The position numbers and the translations under genes were made by a program. Shown one piece after another: positions 10,501 through 19,873 of a stretch of DNA of 64,000 nt. The notes beneath the pieces are model-generated. The model saw nothing but the letters and a program-made list of their open reading frames with translations. It was not told the origin of the DNA and did no database searches. Each line of letters begins with the position of its first letter. The first letter of the stretch is position 1. Source of the DNA: Gilvibacter sp. (GTDB taxonomy: Bacteria > Bacteroidota > Bacteroidia > Flavobacteriales > Flavobacteriaceae); the NCBI RefSeq assembly GCF_965601605.1, contig NZ_CBFCWJ010000040.1, forward strand, positions 2,737 through 66,736, in the 5' to 3' direction.

Positions 10501-10653
10501 AGTGTAAATGTAGGAAGCGGGTTTTAATTTTCCAAAAAAATAATGCATTTAATCTTATTTTTTATGCATTTCATCGATGTTTTATTTGAAGTAGTCTATT
10601 CTTTCCTACAAATATTCTAGTATACCAAGAGAACAAAAAAGCTTGAGTATAGA

Positions 10654-10693
10654 CAAAATAAAAACGGGCAAACCCCCGCGGTAAGCCCGTTTT
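10654..10693 (-). terminator. Intrinsic terminator of candidate sRNA 2
   Basis: 9-bp stem AAAACGGGC/GCCCGTTTT; the longer U-tail (TTTTTATTTT) is on the - strand. Confidence 0.65.
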
Positions 10694-10748
10694 CGTAAAA
10701 TAACTAAAGTAGTTGGGGCTACATTTAGTGAACAGAAGAATGTTCTTG
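10654..10748 (-). ncRNA. Candidate small RNA 2 (hairpin with CCCCAA loop, then terminator)
   Basis: -7-like TACATTAG (10753-10760). Stem ACTAAA-T-GTAG/CTAC-TTTAGT with CCCCAA loop, then AAAACGGGC...GCCCGTTTTT hairpin with U-rich tail. Ends are approximate. Confidence 0.5.
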
Positions 10749-10915
10749 ACGGCTAATGTAGAAATATTTTTCCTACAAAAAAATATTTATTGCATTTTAT
10801 CGATGATTTTTAACTTTTTATCTGCTTTTTTATGTGTTTCCCTTATTTTGGACTACAGCATTCACCTATTTTGCTCCTTTTAATTGCTACTGATAATAAA
10901 TTTTAGACCCCAGAT

Positions 10916-10945
10916 TAAACCTTTTTGATACCTTGTAGTCATAAG
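10916..10945 (+). promoter_or_regulatory. ECF sigma-type promoter TAAACC-N16-GTCATAAG (autoregulatory candidate)
   Basis: Identical boxes and spacer length recur at 11501-11530. Confidence 0.7.
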
Positions 10946-10960
10946 GGTAAACCACTACCA

Positions 10961-11503
10961 TTGATTGCTGAATCTACTTTAGTATCGGAATTAAAGGCTC
11001 CCGAAACCCGGGAGGCTGCCTTCAGCACCCTTATGAAGCAGTATAAGGAGCGCTTGTATTGGCATATCCGAAAAATGGTGTATTCCCATGACGACACTGA
11101 TGATGTCCTCCAGAACACCTTTATCAAGGTTTACCGCAGCATAGACTCCTTTAAAGAAGAAAGTAAGCTCTATACCTGGATGTACCGAATTGCCACCAAT
11201 GAAGCCATTACTTTTCTCAATAAGAAAGCCAAACGCATGGAGACTGGAAATGAGGAAGTACAACAACAGGCGGTAGCAAACTTGGCCGCCGATCCTTATT
11301 TTGAAGGAAATGAAATTCAGCTTAAATTACAGCAAGCCATAGCGCAATTGCCGCAAAAGCAGCAGTTGGTTTTTAATATGAAGTACTTTGACGATATGAA
11401 ATACGACGATATGTCTCAGATTCTGGGCACTTCTGTGGGAGCCTTAAAAAGCTCCTACCACATCGCCGTAAAAAAAATAACCGCCCACTTGAAAGCAGAT
11501 TAA
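10961..11503 (+). CDS. ECF RNA polymerase sigma-70 factor
   Basis: Region 2 DDVLQNTFIKV...LYTWMYRIATN and region 4 LPQKQQLVF...LKSSYH. Start probably TTG 10961, since the ORF-track start at 10925 lies inside the promoter. Confidence 0.93.
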   Translation: MIAESTLVSELKAPETREAAFSTLMKQYKERLYWHIRKMVYSHDDTDDVLQNTFIKVYRSIDSFKEESKLYTWMYRIATNEAITFLNKKAKRMETGNEEVQQQAVANLAADPYFEGNEIQLKLQQAIAQLPQKQQLVFNMKYFDDMKYDDMSQILGTSVGALKSSYHIAVKKITAHLKAD

Positions 11504-11530
11504 ACCTTTGATGACAAAAACAGTCATAAG
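11501..11530 (+). promoter_or_regulatory. Second ECF-type promoter TAAACC-N16-GTCATAAG before the anti-sigma gene
   Basis: Overlaps the sigma stop codon; same boxes and 16-nt spacer as 10916-10945. Confidence 0.7.
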
Positions 11531-11539
11531 AGCAGTATC

Positions 11540-12070
11540 ATGAATTTGGAAAACTCACATAACAACACAAATCCCTACGGAATCCCTGAAGGCTACTTTG
11601 AAGGCTTTGAGGCCAGCGTCCAGGCTCGTATTGCGGAAGAAGAACTTCGCGAACTGGTAACTACGCCAGGTTTTGTGACTCCAGATGGTTATTTCGAGAC
11701 CCTAACACCGAAAGTGATTGCTCAATTGCAAAAGCCAGAACCTAAGGTGATCTCATTATTTAGCAGACGTAGCTTATTCGCGGTAGCCTCTGTAGCTGCA
11801 GCTGTGGTATTGATCGTGAGTTTGGTGACTAATTCTGGAAATACCACCACAGATACTTTAGCATTTGACAATATAGACACAGATACTCTTGAAGCCTATG
11901 TAAACAGTGATGCCATTGCATTTACAGACGCTGATTTGATAGACTTTGTCTCTGAGGAAGATTTAGAAAGCAGCTTGTTTAGTGACGAATCATTAACAGA
12001 TGAATCCATTGAGACCTACCTTCTAGACAACCTTGATGATATTGATTTAATAACCACCTACGAGGAATGA
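11540..12070 (+). CDS. Putative anti-sigma factor (single-pass membrane protein)
   Basis: PYGIPEGYFEGF / FVTPDGYFE repeats typical of Bacteroidetes anti-sigma N-termini, one TM helix, acidic C-terminus; directly downstream of the ECF sigma gene. Confidence 0.75.
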   Translation: MNLENSHNNTNPYGIPEGYFEGFEASVQARIAEEELRELVTTPGFVTPDGYFETLTPKVIAQLQKPEPKVISLFSRRSLFAVASVAAAVVLIVSLVTNSGNTTTDTLAFDNIDTDTLEAYVNSDAIAFTDADLIDFVSEEDLESSLFSDESLTDESIETYLLDNLDDIDLITTYEE

Positions 12071-12098
12071 TAGTTTCCTAACTTTGAAGACAGACACT

Positions 12099-12545
12099 AT
12101 GAAAAAACTATACTACATATTTATCTTTTGCTTACTGCTGAGCAGTTTCTCTGCCGATGCGCAGCGACAAAGGCCCAATCCTGGAGAGATTGAAGCTCAG
12201 AAAACGGCGTTTATCACCAATGCCTTAGACCTGAGTGCAGATCAAGCCCAAAAGTTTTGGCCCATTTACAATCAGTCTGAAAAGGCTATGGAAAACATCA
12301 GGCGTCAGCAAAGAGAGGCCTTGCGTCAAGTAAGACTCGGCGGTGGTTCCATTTCAGACGATGATGCCTATGCGCTGATTGAGAATTTGATGAATTGGGA
12401 ACAAGAGATGCTCAACGAACGTAAAAAACTTGTGGCCAATTTAAAAGGAGTCGTCTCACCTCAACAGATATTACGCCTCAAACGCGCAGAAGAAGAATTT
12501 AAAAGACGCCTGTTGCAAGCCATGCAAAACCGTCGAAAGAATTAA
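12099..12545 (+). CDS. Spy/CpxP-like periplasmic protein (sensor of ECF-type sigma factor family)
   Basis: Signal peptide MKKLYYIFIFCLLL, then KTAFITNALDLSADQAQKFWPIYN...SPQQILRLKRAEEEFKRRL. Confidence 0.75.
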   Translation: MKKLYYIFIFCLLLSSFSADAQRQRPNPGEIEAQKTAFITNALDLSADQAQKFWPIYNQSEKAMENIRRQQREALRQVRLGGGSISDDDAYALIENLMNWEQEMLNERKKLVANLKGVVSPQQILRLKRAEEEFKRRLLQAMQNRRKN

Positions 12546-12548
12546 AAC

Positions 12549-12577
12549 AAAAGCGGACCTCAAGGGTTCGCTTTTTT
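12549..12577. terminator. Bidirectional terminator between convergent genes
   Basis: AAAAGCGGACC-TCAA-GGGTTCGCTTTT hairpin flanked by A and T runs. Confidence 0.8.
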
Positions 12578-13622
12578 ATTTGAAGACGAGCTTATCGATC
12601 TTTCCATAACCACTAGCAAAAGCTGTGGTATCATTGACAAACTGAATGTTGTAGTAGGATTCTTCAGTGAGATCGATCCAAGAATCGCCGCCATCATTAG
12701 AATAAGATACCCCTGGAATACCAACGGCCACTATCCCCTGTCCTTTGGTGTTGGGAACATAACGCACGCAAGAGCGGTAGCCCGGTCCCGCTTGATCACT
12801 GATCAATTTCCAAGTCTTCCCACCGTCTGTGGTCACGGCCTTATTACCTCCATTCTCTGTTTTGGCCTCCCAATTCCCTCCGAAAACAATTCCGTTGTTC
12901 GCATCTAAAAAAGAAACCGAATAAATCCCCGTCATGGCCTGACCTTCCACAATTGGAGTTTCATAGACCTCCCAAGAATTTCCTCTATCCGTAGTTTTAA
13001 AAACTCGGGCGCGTTTGCCTCCAGAGACCAACCAAGCAGTGTCTCCATAAACCGCAATATTGGTATTGCTTGCAGCGAAAGCTGCTTCTCCTTCAGCGGT
13101 TTCGGGCAGTTTATCACAAGGAACTTTACTCCAAGAGTTTCCGCCGTCTGTAGTTAATATTACAGACAGACAACCGTCTGTTGGGTCTCCCATGGCAATC
13201 CCGTTTTGATCGTCCCAAAAAGCCATGGCATCGTAGAATACCTTTGGATGCGTTTCTGTGTAAACATCTTCTATAAAGGTAGGATTGGTTCCTTCTAACC
13301 CGATTTTATACAAGACTGCTGGATTTGCAATAGAAAGTACAAAAACCGCATCGCTGGTTTTGGCAATTGATCTAAAAGCCAAAAGCGAATCTTGATAACT
13401 CACCGTTGCCAGTTTAGGAACCTGCCCTTCTACCACCCCGATCTTTCCATTATTTGCCGCAAACCAAACCGTGGAATCGTTCACCGCAGCTATGGCGCGA
13501 ATACTTATGCTGTCTCTAAAAACGGCACTCGCCTCAATGCGGGTAAATTCTGGCGCACTAGAATCTGTGCAGGAAATAAACGCTAAACAAAAGATCAACA
13601 GGCTGAGCAAGGTTCTAATCAT
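12576..13622 (-). CDS. BNR/Asp-box repeat beta-propeller lipoprotein (YCF48/sialidase-like fold)
   Basis: Repeats TTDGGNSW, TTDRGNSW, TTDGGKTW, SNDGGDSW; AFAASNT motif; lipobox-like FISC. Confidence 0.85.
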   Translation of the reverse strand: MIRTLLSLLIFCLAFISCTDSSAPEFTRIEASAVFRDSISIRAIAAVNDSTVWFAANNGKIGVVEGQVPKLATVSYQDSLLAFRSIAKTSDAVFVLSIANPAVLYKIGLEGTNPTFIEDVYTETHPKVFYDAMAFWDDQNGIAMGDPTDGCLSVILTTDGGNSWSKVPCDKLPETAEGEAAFAASNTNIAVYGDTAWLVSGGKRARVFKTTDRGNSWEVYETPIVEGQAMTGIYSVSFLDANNGIVFGGNWEAKTENGGNKAVTTDGGKTWKLISDQAGPGYRSCVRYVPNTKGQGIVAVGIPGVSYSNDGGDSWIDLTEESYYNIQFVNDTTAFASGYGKIDKLVFK

Positions 13623-13737
13623 GGATCAAAAGAATTTTAGTGCAAATATAGAGTAAAGCATTGGCACGATTAATAATGATAATTTAAGCGAAGCTGTAGT
13701 AGGCTTGTTCATAAATAAGGCTACTTTTGCAGCGACA

Positions 13738-14961
13738 ATGAAAACAGAAGTACGATTCCATAGAAATCTGGTTTTCGCCACTTTAGATAGCTTAAAGCTG
13801 ATCTTCAATGAGCAAAAACAAGCCGATAAAGTCCTCAAGCAAACCTTAAAGCGTGACAAACGTTGGGGTTCAAGAGATCGTGGCTTTATCGCAGAAACTA
13901 CTTACGACATAGTGCGTTGGCAACGCTTGTACGCCAAAGCTGCAGATGTAAAAGCTCCGTATTCTCGGGAAGATCTCTTTAGACTATTTGCTGTTTGGGC
14001 CGTCCACAAAGGACACAGTCTCCCAAACTGGCCACAGCTAGAAGGTACTCCTGTTCGTAGAATCCGCGGGAAGTTTGACGAACTTAAAAACGAGCGTGTT
14101 TATCGTGAGTCCATTCCAGATTGGTTAGATGCCATGGGATTGGAACAGTTAGGAGGACAATGGGAAGAGGAGATCAAGGCACTCAATCAGCAAGCCGATG
14201 TGGTACTCCGCACCAATACCCTCAGAACCAATAAAACGCAACTAAAAGACGCTTTAGAAGATGCGGAGATCCGCACCCAATCCAAAAAAATAGCCCCTGA
14301 CGCCTTGGTTTTAGAAGAGCGTACCAACGTTTTCTCTTTACCGATCTTTAAAGAAGGCTGGTTTGAGGTTCAAGATGTTTCCTCTCAACAAGTGGCTCCA
14401 CTGTTAGATGTTCAACCCGGAATGCGCGTGGTCGATGCCTGTGCGGGTGCGGGTGGTAAAACCCTGCATTTAGCAGCACTGATGGAAAATAAAGGGCAAA
14501 TCATAGCTACAGATATTTACGATTTTAAATTGGCGGAACTCAAACGTCGCGCTCGCAGAGCGGGAGCTCACAATATTGAAACCCGTTTTATCGATTCGCC
14601 TAAAGTGATCAAAAAACTTTACGGAAAGGCAGATCGCGTGTTGATTGATGCTCCCTGTAGTGGTCTAGGGGTGCTCAAACGCAATCCGGATAGCAAATGG
14701 AAACTCTCTCCAGAGTTTATGGAAGAGGTTCAAGCGCTTCAGGCTGATATCTTAAGTCGTTATTCACGCATGGTAAAACCTGGAGGAAAAATGGTCTATG
14801 CTACCTGCTCCATCCTGCCTGCAGAGAACCAACTGCAAATTGAAAAATTCCTAGCCTCAGAAGCTGGTGAAGGATTTAAAAAAGAAACTGACAAAACACT
14901 TTGGCCTAGTAAGACCGGATACGACGGATTTTATATGTGCCTACTTACCAAATCGAACTAA
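13738..14961 (+). CDS. RsmB/NOP-family rRNA m5C methyltransferase
   Basis: EVQDVSSQ, VDACAGAGGKT, LIDAPCSGLG, YATCS motifs. Start at ATG 13738 after the TACTTTTG -7 box (13722-13729). Confidence 0.92.
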   Translation: MKTEVRFHRNLVFATLDSLKLIFNEQKQADKVLKQTLKRDKRWGSRDRGFIAETTYDIVRWQRLYAKAADVKAPYSREDLFRLFAVWAVHKGHSLPNWPQLEGTPVRRIRGKFDELKNERVYRESIPDWLDAMGLEQLGGQWEEEIKALNQQADVVLRTNTLRTNKTQLKDALEDAEIRTQSKKIAPDALVLEERTNVFSLPIFKEGWFEVQDVSSQQVAPLLDVQPGMRVVDACAGAGGKTLHLAALMENKGQIIATDIYDFKLAELKRRARRAGAHNIETRFIDSPKVIKKLYGKADRVLIDAPCSGLGVLKRNPDSKWKLSPEFMEEVQALQADILSRYSRMVKPGGKMVYATCSILPAENQLQIEKFLASEAGEGFKKETDKTLWPSKTGYDGFYMCLLTKSN

Positions 14962-14962
14962 A

Positions 14963-16003
14963 ATGAGATCCATTTTTAGCCTTGCCTTATTATTTGTTAC
15001 GAGTCTTTCTCTGGCCCAACAGCCTTATTACGATGATGTTGACCTGACTTTGACTGGTAACGCGCTTTACAACGAGTTACAGACCAAGATCAGCGATGCG
15101 AGCAGCACTTTTAATTATACCGATGCGCGTAACGCCTTGCTATCAACGGACGAGAACCCGTCCAACAGCAGTGAAGTGCTTTTGGTTTATGGCTATAATG
15201 ATTCCGATGGTAACTGTACCACGGATCGCACGCGTAACAAAAGTCTTTTTGGCGGAATGGAATGCGAGTACAATCGCGAGCATGTTTTTGCCCGCTCTAA
15301 CGCAGATCCAACCATGGGAGATGTGAGCAGCAGTACTACAGGAATAGGCGCCGATCCGCACAACCTCCGTGCCTCTGATCAGCAAATGAACAACAACAAA
15401 GGAAACCGCCGTTTCGGAGACAGTAGCGGAAACGCCGGGGTGATCAGTGGAGGAAACTGGTATCCTGGAGATGAATGGAAAGGCGATGTGGCCCGTATGA
15501 TGATGTATATGTATACGCGCTACGGCAGCCGTTGTCTTCCAGCCTTAATGGGCACTGGCCCAACAGAAGGAAGTACACAAATGCTACAACTCTTTTTAGA
15601 ATGGAACGTGGAAGACCCGGTGAGCTTTTATGAGGATCAACGCAATGATTTCCTTGAATCTGCTTACGGGAACAGAAACCCATTCATTGACAATCCTGTA
15701 CTAGCAACCATTATCTGGGGTGGTGATACGGCAGAAGACCGTTGGGGACTGCTCAGCACTGCAGATTTAAGTACCAATCCATTGACGCTCTACCCGAACC
15801 CGAATTATAGCGGAACCTTGAACATCAGCAGCACGCTGCCTGTATCTGCAATTCAAGTATATTCTATGAGTGGGCAATTGGTGCTTTCTCAAGACGATTT
15901 TCAAGGAAGTACTTTAGACGTTTCAAGCCTTAATTCTGGTGTCTATTTGGTTCGATTGACCGACGCTGAAAAACAGTTAGTAAAACGGTTAATTATTCAC
16001 TAA
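14963..16003 (+). CDS. Secreted endonuclease I-family nuclease with T9SS type A sorting domain
   Basis: NREHVF, DPHNL, WKGDVAR, GNRNPFID motifs; C-terminal LYPNP...IQVYSMSGQ...GVYLVRL. True start MRSIF at 14963. Confidence 0.9.
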   Translation: MRSIFSLALLFVTSLSLAQQPYYDDVDLTLTGNALYNELQTKISDASSTFNYTDARNALLSTDENPSNSSEVLLVYGYNDSDGNCTTDRTRNKSLFGGMECEYNREHVFARSNADPTMGDVSSSTTGIGADPHNLRASDQQMNNNKGNRRFGDSSGNAGVISGGNWYPGDEWKGDVARMMMYMYTRYGSRCLPALMGTGPTEGSTQMLQLFLEWNVEDPVSFYEDQRNDFLESAYGNRNPFIDNPVLATIIWGGDTAEDRWGLLSTADLSTNPLTLYPNPNYSGTLNISSTLPVSAIQVYSMSGQLVLSQDDFQGSTLDVSSLNSGVYLVRLTDAEKQLVKRLIIH

Positions 16004-16083
16004 ATCTTCTGGGTTTAGAGGCGAAAAATTTTCGGGAATTGACGTACCTTTGCATTGCAATTGTACGTTAATCCGGCCGTATT

Positions 16084-19000
16084 ATGATTCATTTTTTTGG
16101 CGATGCTACCACCGTTTTCGCCGTTCAAGCTACTTCTGACTTTCAAGAATCTGACCTGCAAAAATTAACCTGGCTTTTTGGCAACCGATCTCGAATCGAG
16201 GGTGCTGCCGTTAGCGGTAATTTTATTGGTCCAAGAGCTGCCATGGTAAGTCCGTGGAGCACCAATGCTGTAGAGATTACCCAGAATATGGGGCTTTCAG
16301 GCATCATTCGAATTGAACAGTATGAATCTGTAGCAGACAATTTTGAAGATTTTGACCCCATGTTAAGTCAAAAATTCAACAGCTTGAATCAGGATTTGTT
16401 CACCATTGACATCCAACCGGAATCCATCAAAGAGATCACAGACATTGCTGCTTTTAATGCCAGCGAAGGTTTGGCCTTGAGTGATGACGAGATCCAATAC
16501 TTAGAAGAACTGGCTGATCGTTTGGGCAGACCGCTTACCGACAGTGAGGTCTTTGGGTTCTCGCAAGTAAACAGTGAACACTGCCGCCACAAGATCTTCA
16601 ACGGTACTTTTGTGATTGACGGCAAAGAGCAAGACAGCAGTTTATTCAAACTGATCAAAAAGACTTCAGAAACACACCCGAACAAGATCGTTTCTGCTTA
16701 CAAGGATAACGTGGCCTTTATTGATGGACCAAAAGTTACCCAATTTGCGCCAGAGCGTCCTGAGGTTCCTTCCTACTACCAACAAGAGGACTTTGAATCT
16801 GTGATCTCGCTCAAAGCAGAGACCCACAACTTCCCAACTACTGTAGAACCGTTCAACGGAGCTGCCACAGGTTCTGGTGGAGAGATTCGCGATCGTTTGG
16901 CCGGAGGGCAAGGTTCTTTGCCGTTAGCTGGAACCGCAGTGTATATGACGGCCTACTCTCGCCTGAACGAGACACGCCCCTGGGAACAAGAGATTGATGC
17001 CAGAGATTGGTTGTATCAAACGCCTTTAGACATTTTGATCAAGGCTTCAAACGGAGCTTCAGATTTTGGGAATAAATTTGGACAACCTCTTATTGCGGGG
17101 TCTGTCCTGACTTTTGAGCATGAAGAAGATGCTCGCATTCTCGGCTTCGACAAGGTGATCATGTTGGCCGGTGGAATCGGTTATGGAAAAAAATCACAGG
17201 CTATTAAAGCCACGCCGTCCAAAGATGACGAGATCGTTATTCTAGGAGGTGAGAATTACCGCATAGGTATGGGAGGTGCAGCAGTTTCATCCGCAGATAC
17301 CGGAGCCTTCAGTAGCGGTATTGAACTCAACGCAATTCAACGCTCCAATCCAGAAATGCAAAAGCGTGCTGCAAATGCCATCCGCGGTATGATCGAAAGC
17401 AAAGACAATCCAATCGTTTCCATTCACGATCACGGAGCTGGTGGCCACCTGAACTGTCTCTCTGAATTGGTTGAAGAAACTGGAGGACATATAGATCTTG
17501 ACGCACTACCAGTAGGAGACCCTACCCTATCGGCTAAAGAATTGATCGGTAATGAGTCTCAAGAACGTATGGGCTTGGTCATTGGTAGTGAAGATGCCGA
17601 TATACTGAAACAGGTAGCAGATCGTGAGCGTTCTCCCATGTATAAGGTGGGGAAAGTTACCGACGACCATCGATTTAAATTTGAAGGCAGCAAGTCAGGC
17701 CAAAAGCCAATGGACTTTATGTTGAGCGATATGTTTGGAAGCTCGCCAAAGACCATTATGGAAGATCAGCGAATCGATCAAGATTTCAACGCGATCTCCT
17801 ATGACCCAGCTGCTTTAAAACAGTATGTTTTTGAGCTAATGCGCTTAGAAGCGGTTGCCTGTAAAGATTGGCTAACCAACAAAGTAGACCGCTGTGTGAG
17901 CGGACGTGTAGCCAAGCAACAATGCGCAGGACCTTTGCAATTGCCTTTGAATAATTGTGGTGTGATGGCGCTAGATTACAAAGGTAAAGAAGGAGTCGCC
18001 ACGGCGATTGGTCATTCCCCGGTAAGCGGTTTATTAAACCCAGCTGCAGGAAGTCGCAACTCCATAACAGAATCATTGACCAATATTCTTTGGGCACCAA
18101 TCCAAGACGGTCTAAGTGGAGTTTCACTTTCAGCAAACTGGATGTGGCCTTGTAACAACCCTGGAGAAGATGCACGCTTGTATGAAGCCGTAAAAGCGGT
18201 TTCCGACTTTGCAATTGAACTGGGAATCAACGTACCTACCGGAAAGGATTCCCTTTCCATGAAACAGAAATACAAAGACCGCGAAGTTTTGTCACCAGGA
18301 ACGGTGATCATTTCTGCCGCGGGTCACTGTGATGATATTACTAAGGTTGTTGAACCTGTCTTGCAGAAAAAAGCTGGCAGTGTGTACTACATCGACTTTT
18401 CAAAAACTGCAGCTGCCTTGGGCGGTTCCTCCTTTGCTCAGACACGTTCTGCCTTAGGAAAGACACCTGCGGATGTGGCAGACGCGGCTTATGTAAAAAC
18501 AGCCTTCAACACCCTTCAAGAGTTGATTAGAGGAAATCAGATCGCTGCGGGCCATGATATTGGTTCTGGTGGATTGATCACTACTTTGGCCGAAATGTGT
18601 TTTGCCGATCGCGATTTGGGAGCCGATGTGGACTTAAGCGATTTAAACGCTGCTGATTTTGCTACGGCACTCTTTGCTGAAAACTGCGGAGTTGTAATTC
18701 AAGCTGCGAACAACGACTCTTTTGAGAGCGCTTTGAACAAGGCTGGTATTTCATTTGTGAAACTTGGGTCAGTTCTTCAAACTGCACAATTAAATGTGAA
18801 CTTTAAAGGAGATTCCTTGAGTTTTGACATAGACGAATTACGCGATGCTTGGTATGAGACCTCTTACCTTTTGGACCGTGAACAAAGTGGAGCTGACAAC
18901 GCCAAGGAACGTTTTGACAATTATAAAAAGCAACCGCTGAGTTTTGAATTCCCTGCGGATTTTACCGGAGCACTTCCTGAGATCGATCCGGCGAAGCCTA

Positions 19001-19755
19001 GAATCAAAGCAGCCATCATTCGTGAAAAAGGCTCTAACAGTGAGCGTGAAATGGCAAACGCCATGTATTTGGCAGGTTTTGACGTAAAGGACGTTCATAT
19101 GACCGACCTGATCAGCGGACGCGAAACCTTAGAAGATATTCAATTCATTGGCGCTGTAGGAGGCTTTTCCAACAGTGACGTATTAGGCTCTGCCAAAGGA
19201 TGGGCTGGCGCCTTCCTTTACAACGAAAAGGCCAAAGCTGCGTTGGATAATTTCTTCACCAGAAAGGACACCCTATCTTTAGGAGTGTGCAACGGATGCC
19301 AGCTATTTGTGGAACTCGGCGTGATCAATCCAGACCACGATGAGAAACCTAAGATGCTTCACAATGAAACGGGTAAGTTTGAATGTAGCTTTACTTCTGT
19401 GACCATTCAGGAAAATCCTTCGGTAATGCTTGCAGGACTTGCAGGAAGTACTTTGGGAATCTGGGCTGCTCACGGTGAAGGTAAATTTGCTTTGCCTAAA
19501 GCAGAGTCCGCTTACAACATCGTTGCCAAATACGGTTATGAAGGACTTCCGGCAAATCCAAACGGTTCTGACTACAACACGGCCATGATGTGTGATAATA
19601 GCGGACGTCACTTAGTGATGATGCCTCACTTGGAACGCTCTACCTTCCCTTGGAACTGGGGACATTACCCAGCAGATAGAGACGACAAAGTGACTCCTTG
19701 GCTACAAGCCTTCGTAAATGCACGCGAGTGGCTAGAGCAAAACATGGAGGGCTAA
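16084..19755 (+). CDS. purL: Phosphoribosylformylglycinamidine synthase (large fused form)
   Basis: NSEHCRHKIF, KAETHNFPT, GAATGSGGEIRD, GVCNGCQ, MMPHLER; TACCTTTG -7 box at 16045-16052. Confidence 0.98.
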   Translation: MIHFFGDATTVFAVQATSDFQESDLQKLTWLFGNRSRIEGAAVSGNFIGPRAAMVSPWSTNAVEITQNMGLSGIIRIEQYESVADNFEDFDPMLSQKFNSLNQDLFTIDIQPESIKEITDIAAFNASEGLALSDDEIQYLEELADRLGRPLTDSEVFGFSQVNSEHCRHKIFNGTFVIDGKEQDSSLFKLIKKTSETHPNKIVSAYKDNVAFIDGPKVTQFAPERPEVPSYYQQEDFESVISLKAETHNFPTTVEPFNGAATGSGGEIRDRLAGGQGSLPLAGTAVYMTAYSRLNETRPWEQEIDARDWLYQTPLDILIKASNGASDFGNKFGQPLIAGSVLTFEHEEDARILGFDKVIMLAGGIGYGKKSQAIKATPSKDDEIVILGGENYRIGMGGAAVSSADTGAFSSGIELNAIQRSNPEMQKRAANAIRGMIESKDNPIVSIHDHGAGGHLNCLSELVEETGGHIDLDALPVGDPTLSAKELIGNESQERMGLVIGSEDADILKQVADRERSPMYKVGKVTDDHRFKFEGSKSGQKPMDFMLSDMFGSSPKTIMEDQRIDQDFNAISYDPAALKQYVFELMRLEAVACKDWLTNKVDRCVSGRVAKQQCAGPLQLPLNNCGVMALDYKGKEGVATAIGHSPVSGLLNPAAGSRNSITESLTNILWAPIQDGLSGVSLSANWMWPCNNPGEDARLYEAVKAVSDFAIELGINVPTGKDSLSMKQKYKDREVLSPGTVIISAAGHCDDITKVVEPVLQKKAGSVYYIDFSKTAAALGGSSFAQTRSALGKTPADVADAAYVKTAFNTLQELIRGNQIAAGHDIGSGGLITTLAEMCFADRDLGADVDLSDLNAADFATALFAENCGVVIQAANNDSFESALNKAGISFVKLGSVLQTAQLNVNFKGDSLSFDIDELRDAWYETSYLLDREQSGADNAKERFDNYKKQPLSFEFPADFTGALPEIDPAKPRIKAAIIREKGSNSEREMANAMYLAGFDVKDVHMTDLISGRETLEDIQFIGAVGGFSNSDVLGSAKGWAGAFLYNEKAKAALDNFFTRKDTLSLGVCNGCQLFVELGVINPDHDEKPKMLHNETGKFECSFTSVTIQENPSVMLAGLAGSTLGIWAAHGEGKFALPKAESAYNIVAKYGYEGLPANPNGSDYNTAMMCDNSGRHLVMMPHLERSTFPWNWGHYPADRDDKVTPWLQAFVNAREWLEQNMEG

Positions 19756-19873
19756 ACACCTAGTTTTTAGTGGATCGTCAATTTACCCACGCCTTATAAA
19801 GGTGCATTTAAGGGTATGGCAAAAAATGGCTGTATTTTTTTGTAATTTGCAAGAAATCTAGCAGAAACGAACT

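Noticed and set aside
10563-10569. TATGCAT matching half of the MarR operator
   Set aside because: Only 7 bp in AT-rich DNA, with no palindromic partner; not enough to link the sRNAs to the fad regulator.
10722-10729. ATG-TAG start-stop in candidate sRNA 2 as a minimal ORF
   Set aside because: It lies in the hairpin stem, has no counterpart in unit 1 and is likely chance.
14867-14962. Overlap of the nuclease ORF with the methyltransferase
   Set aside because: The signal peptide starts at 14963, right after the upstream stop.
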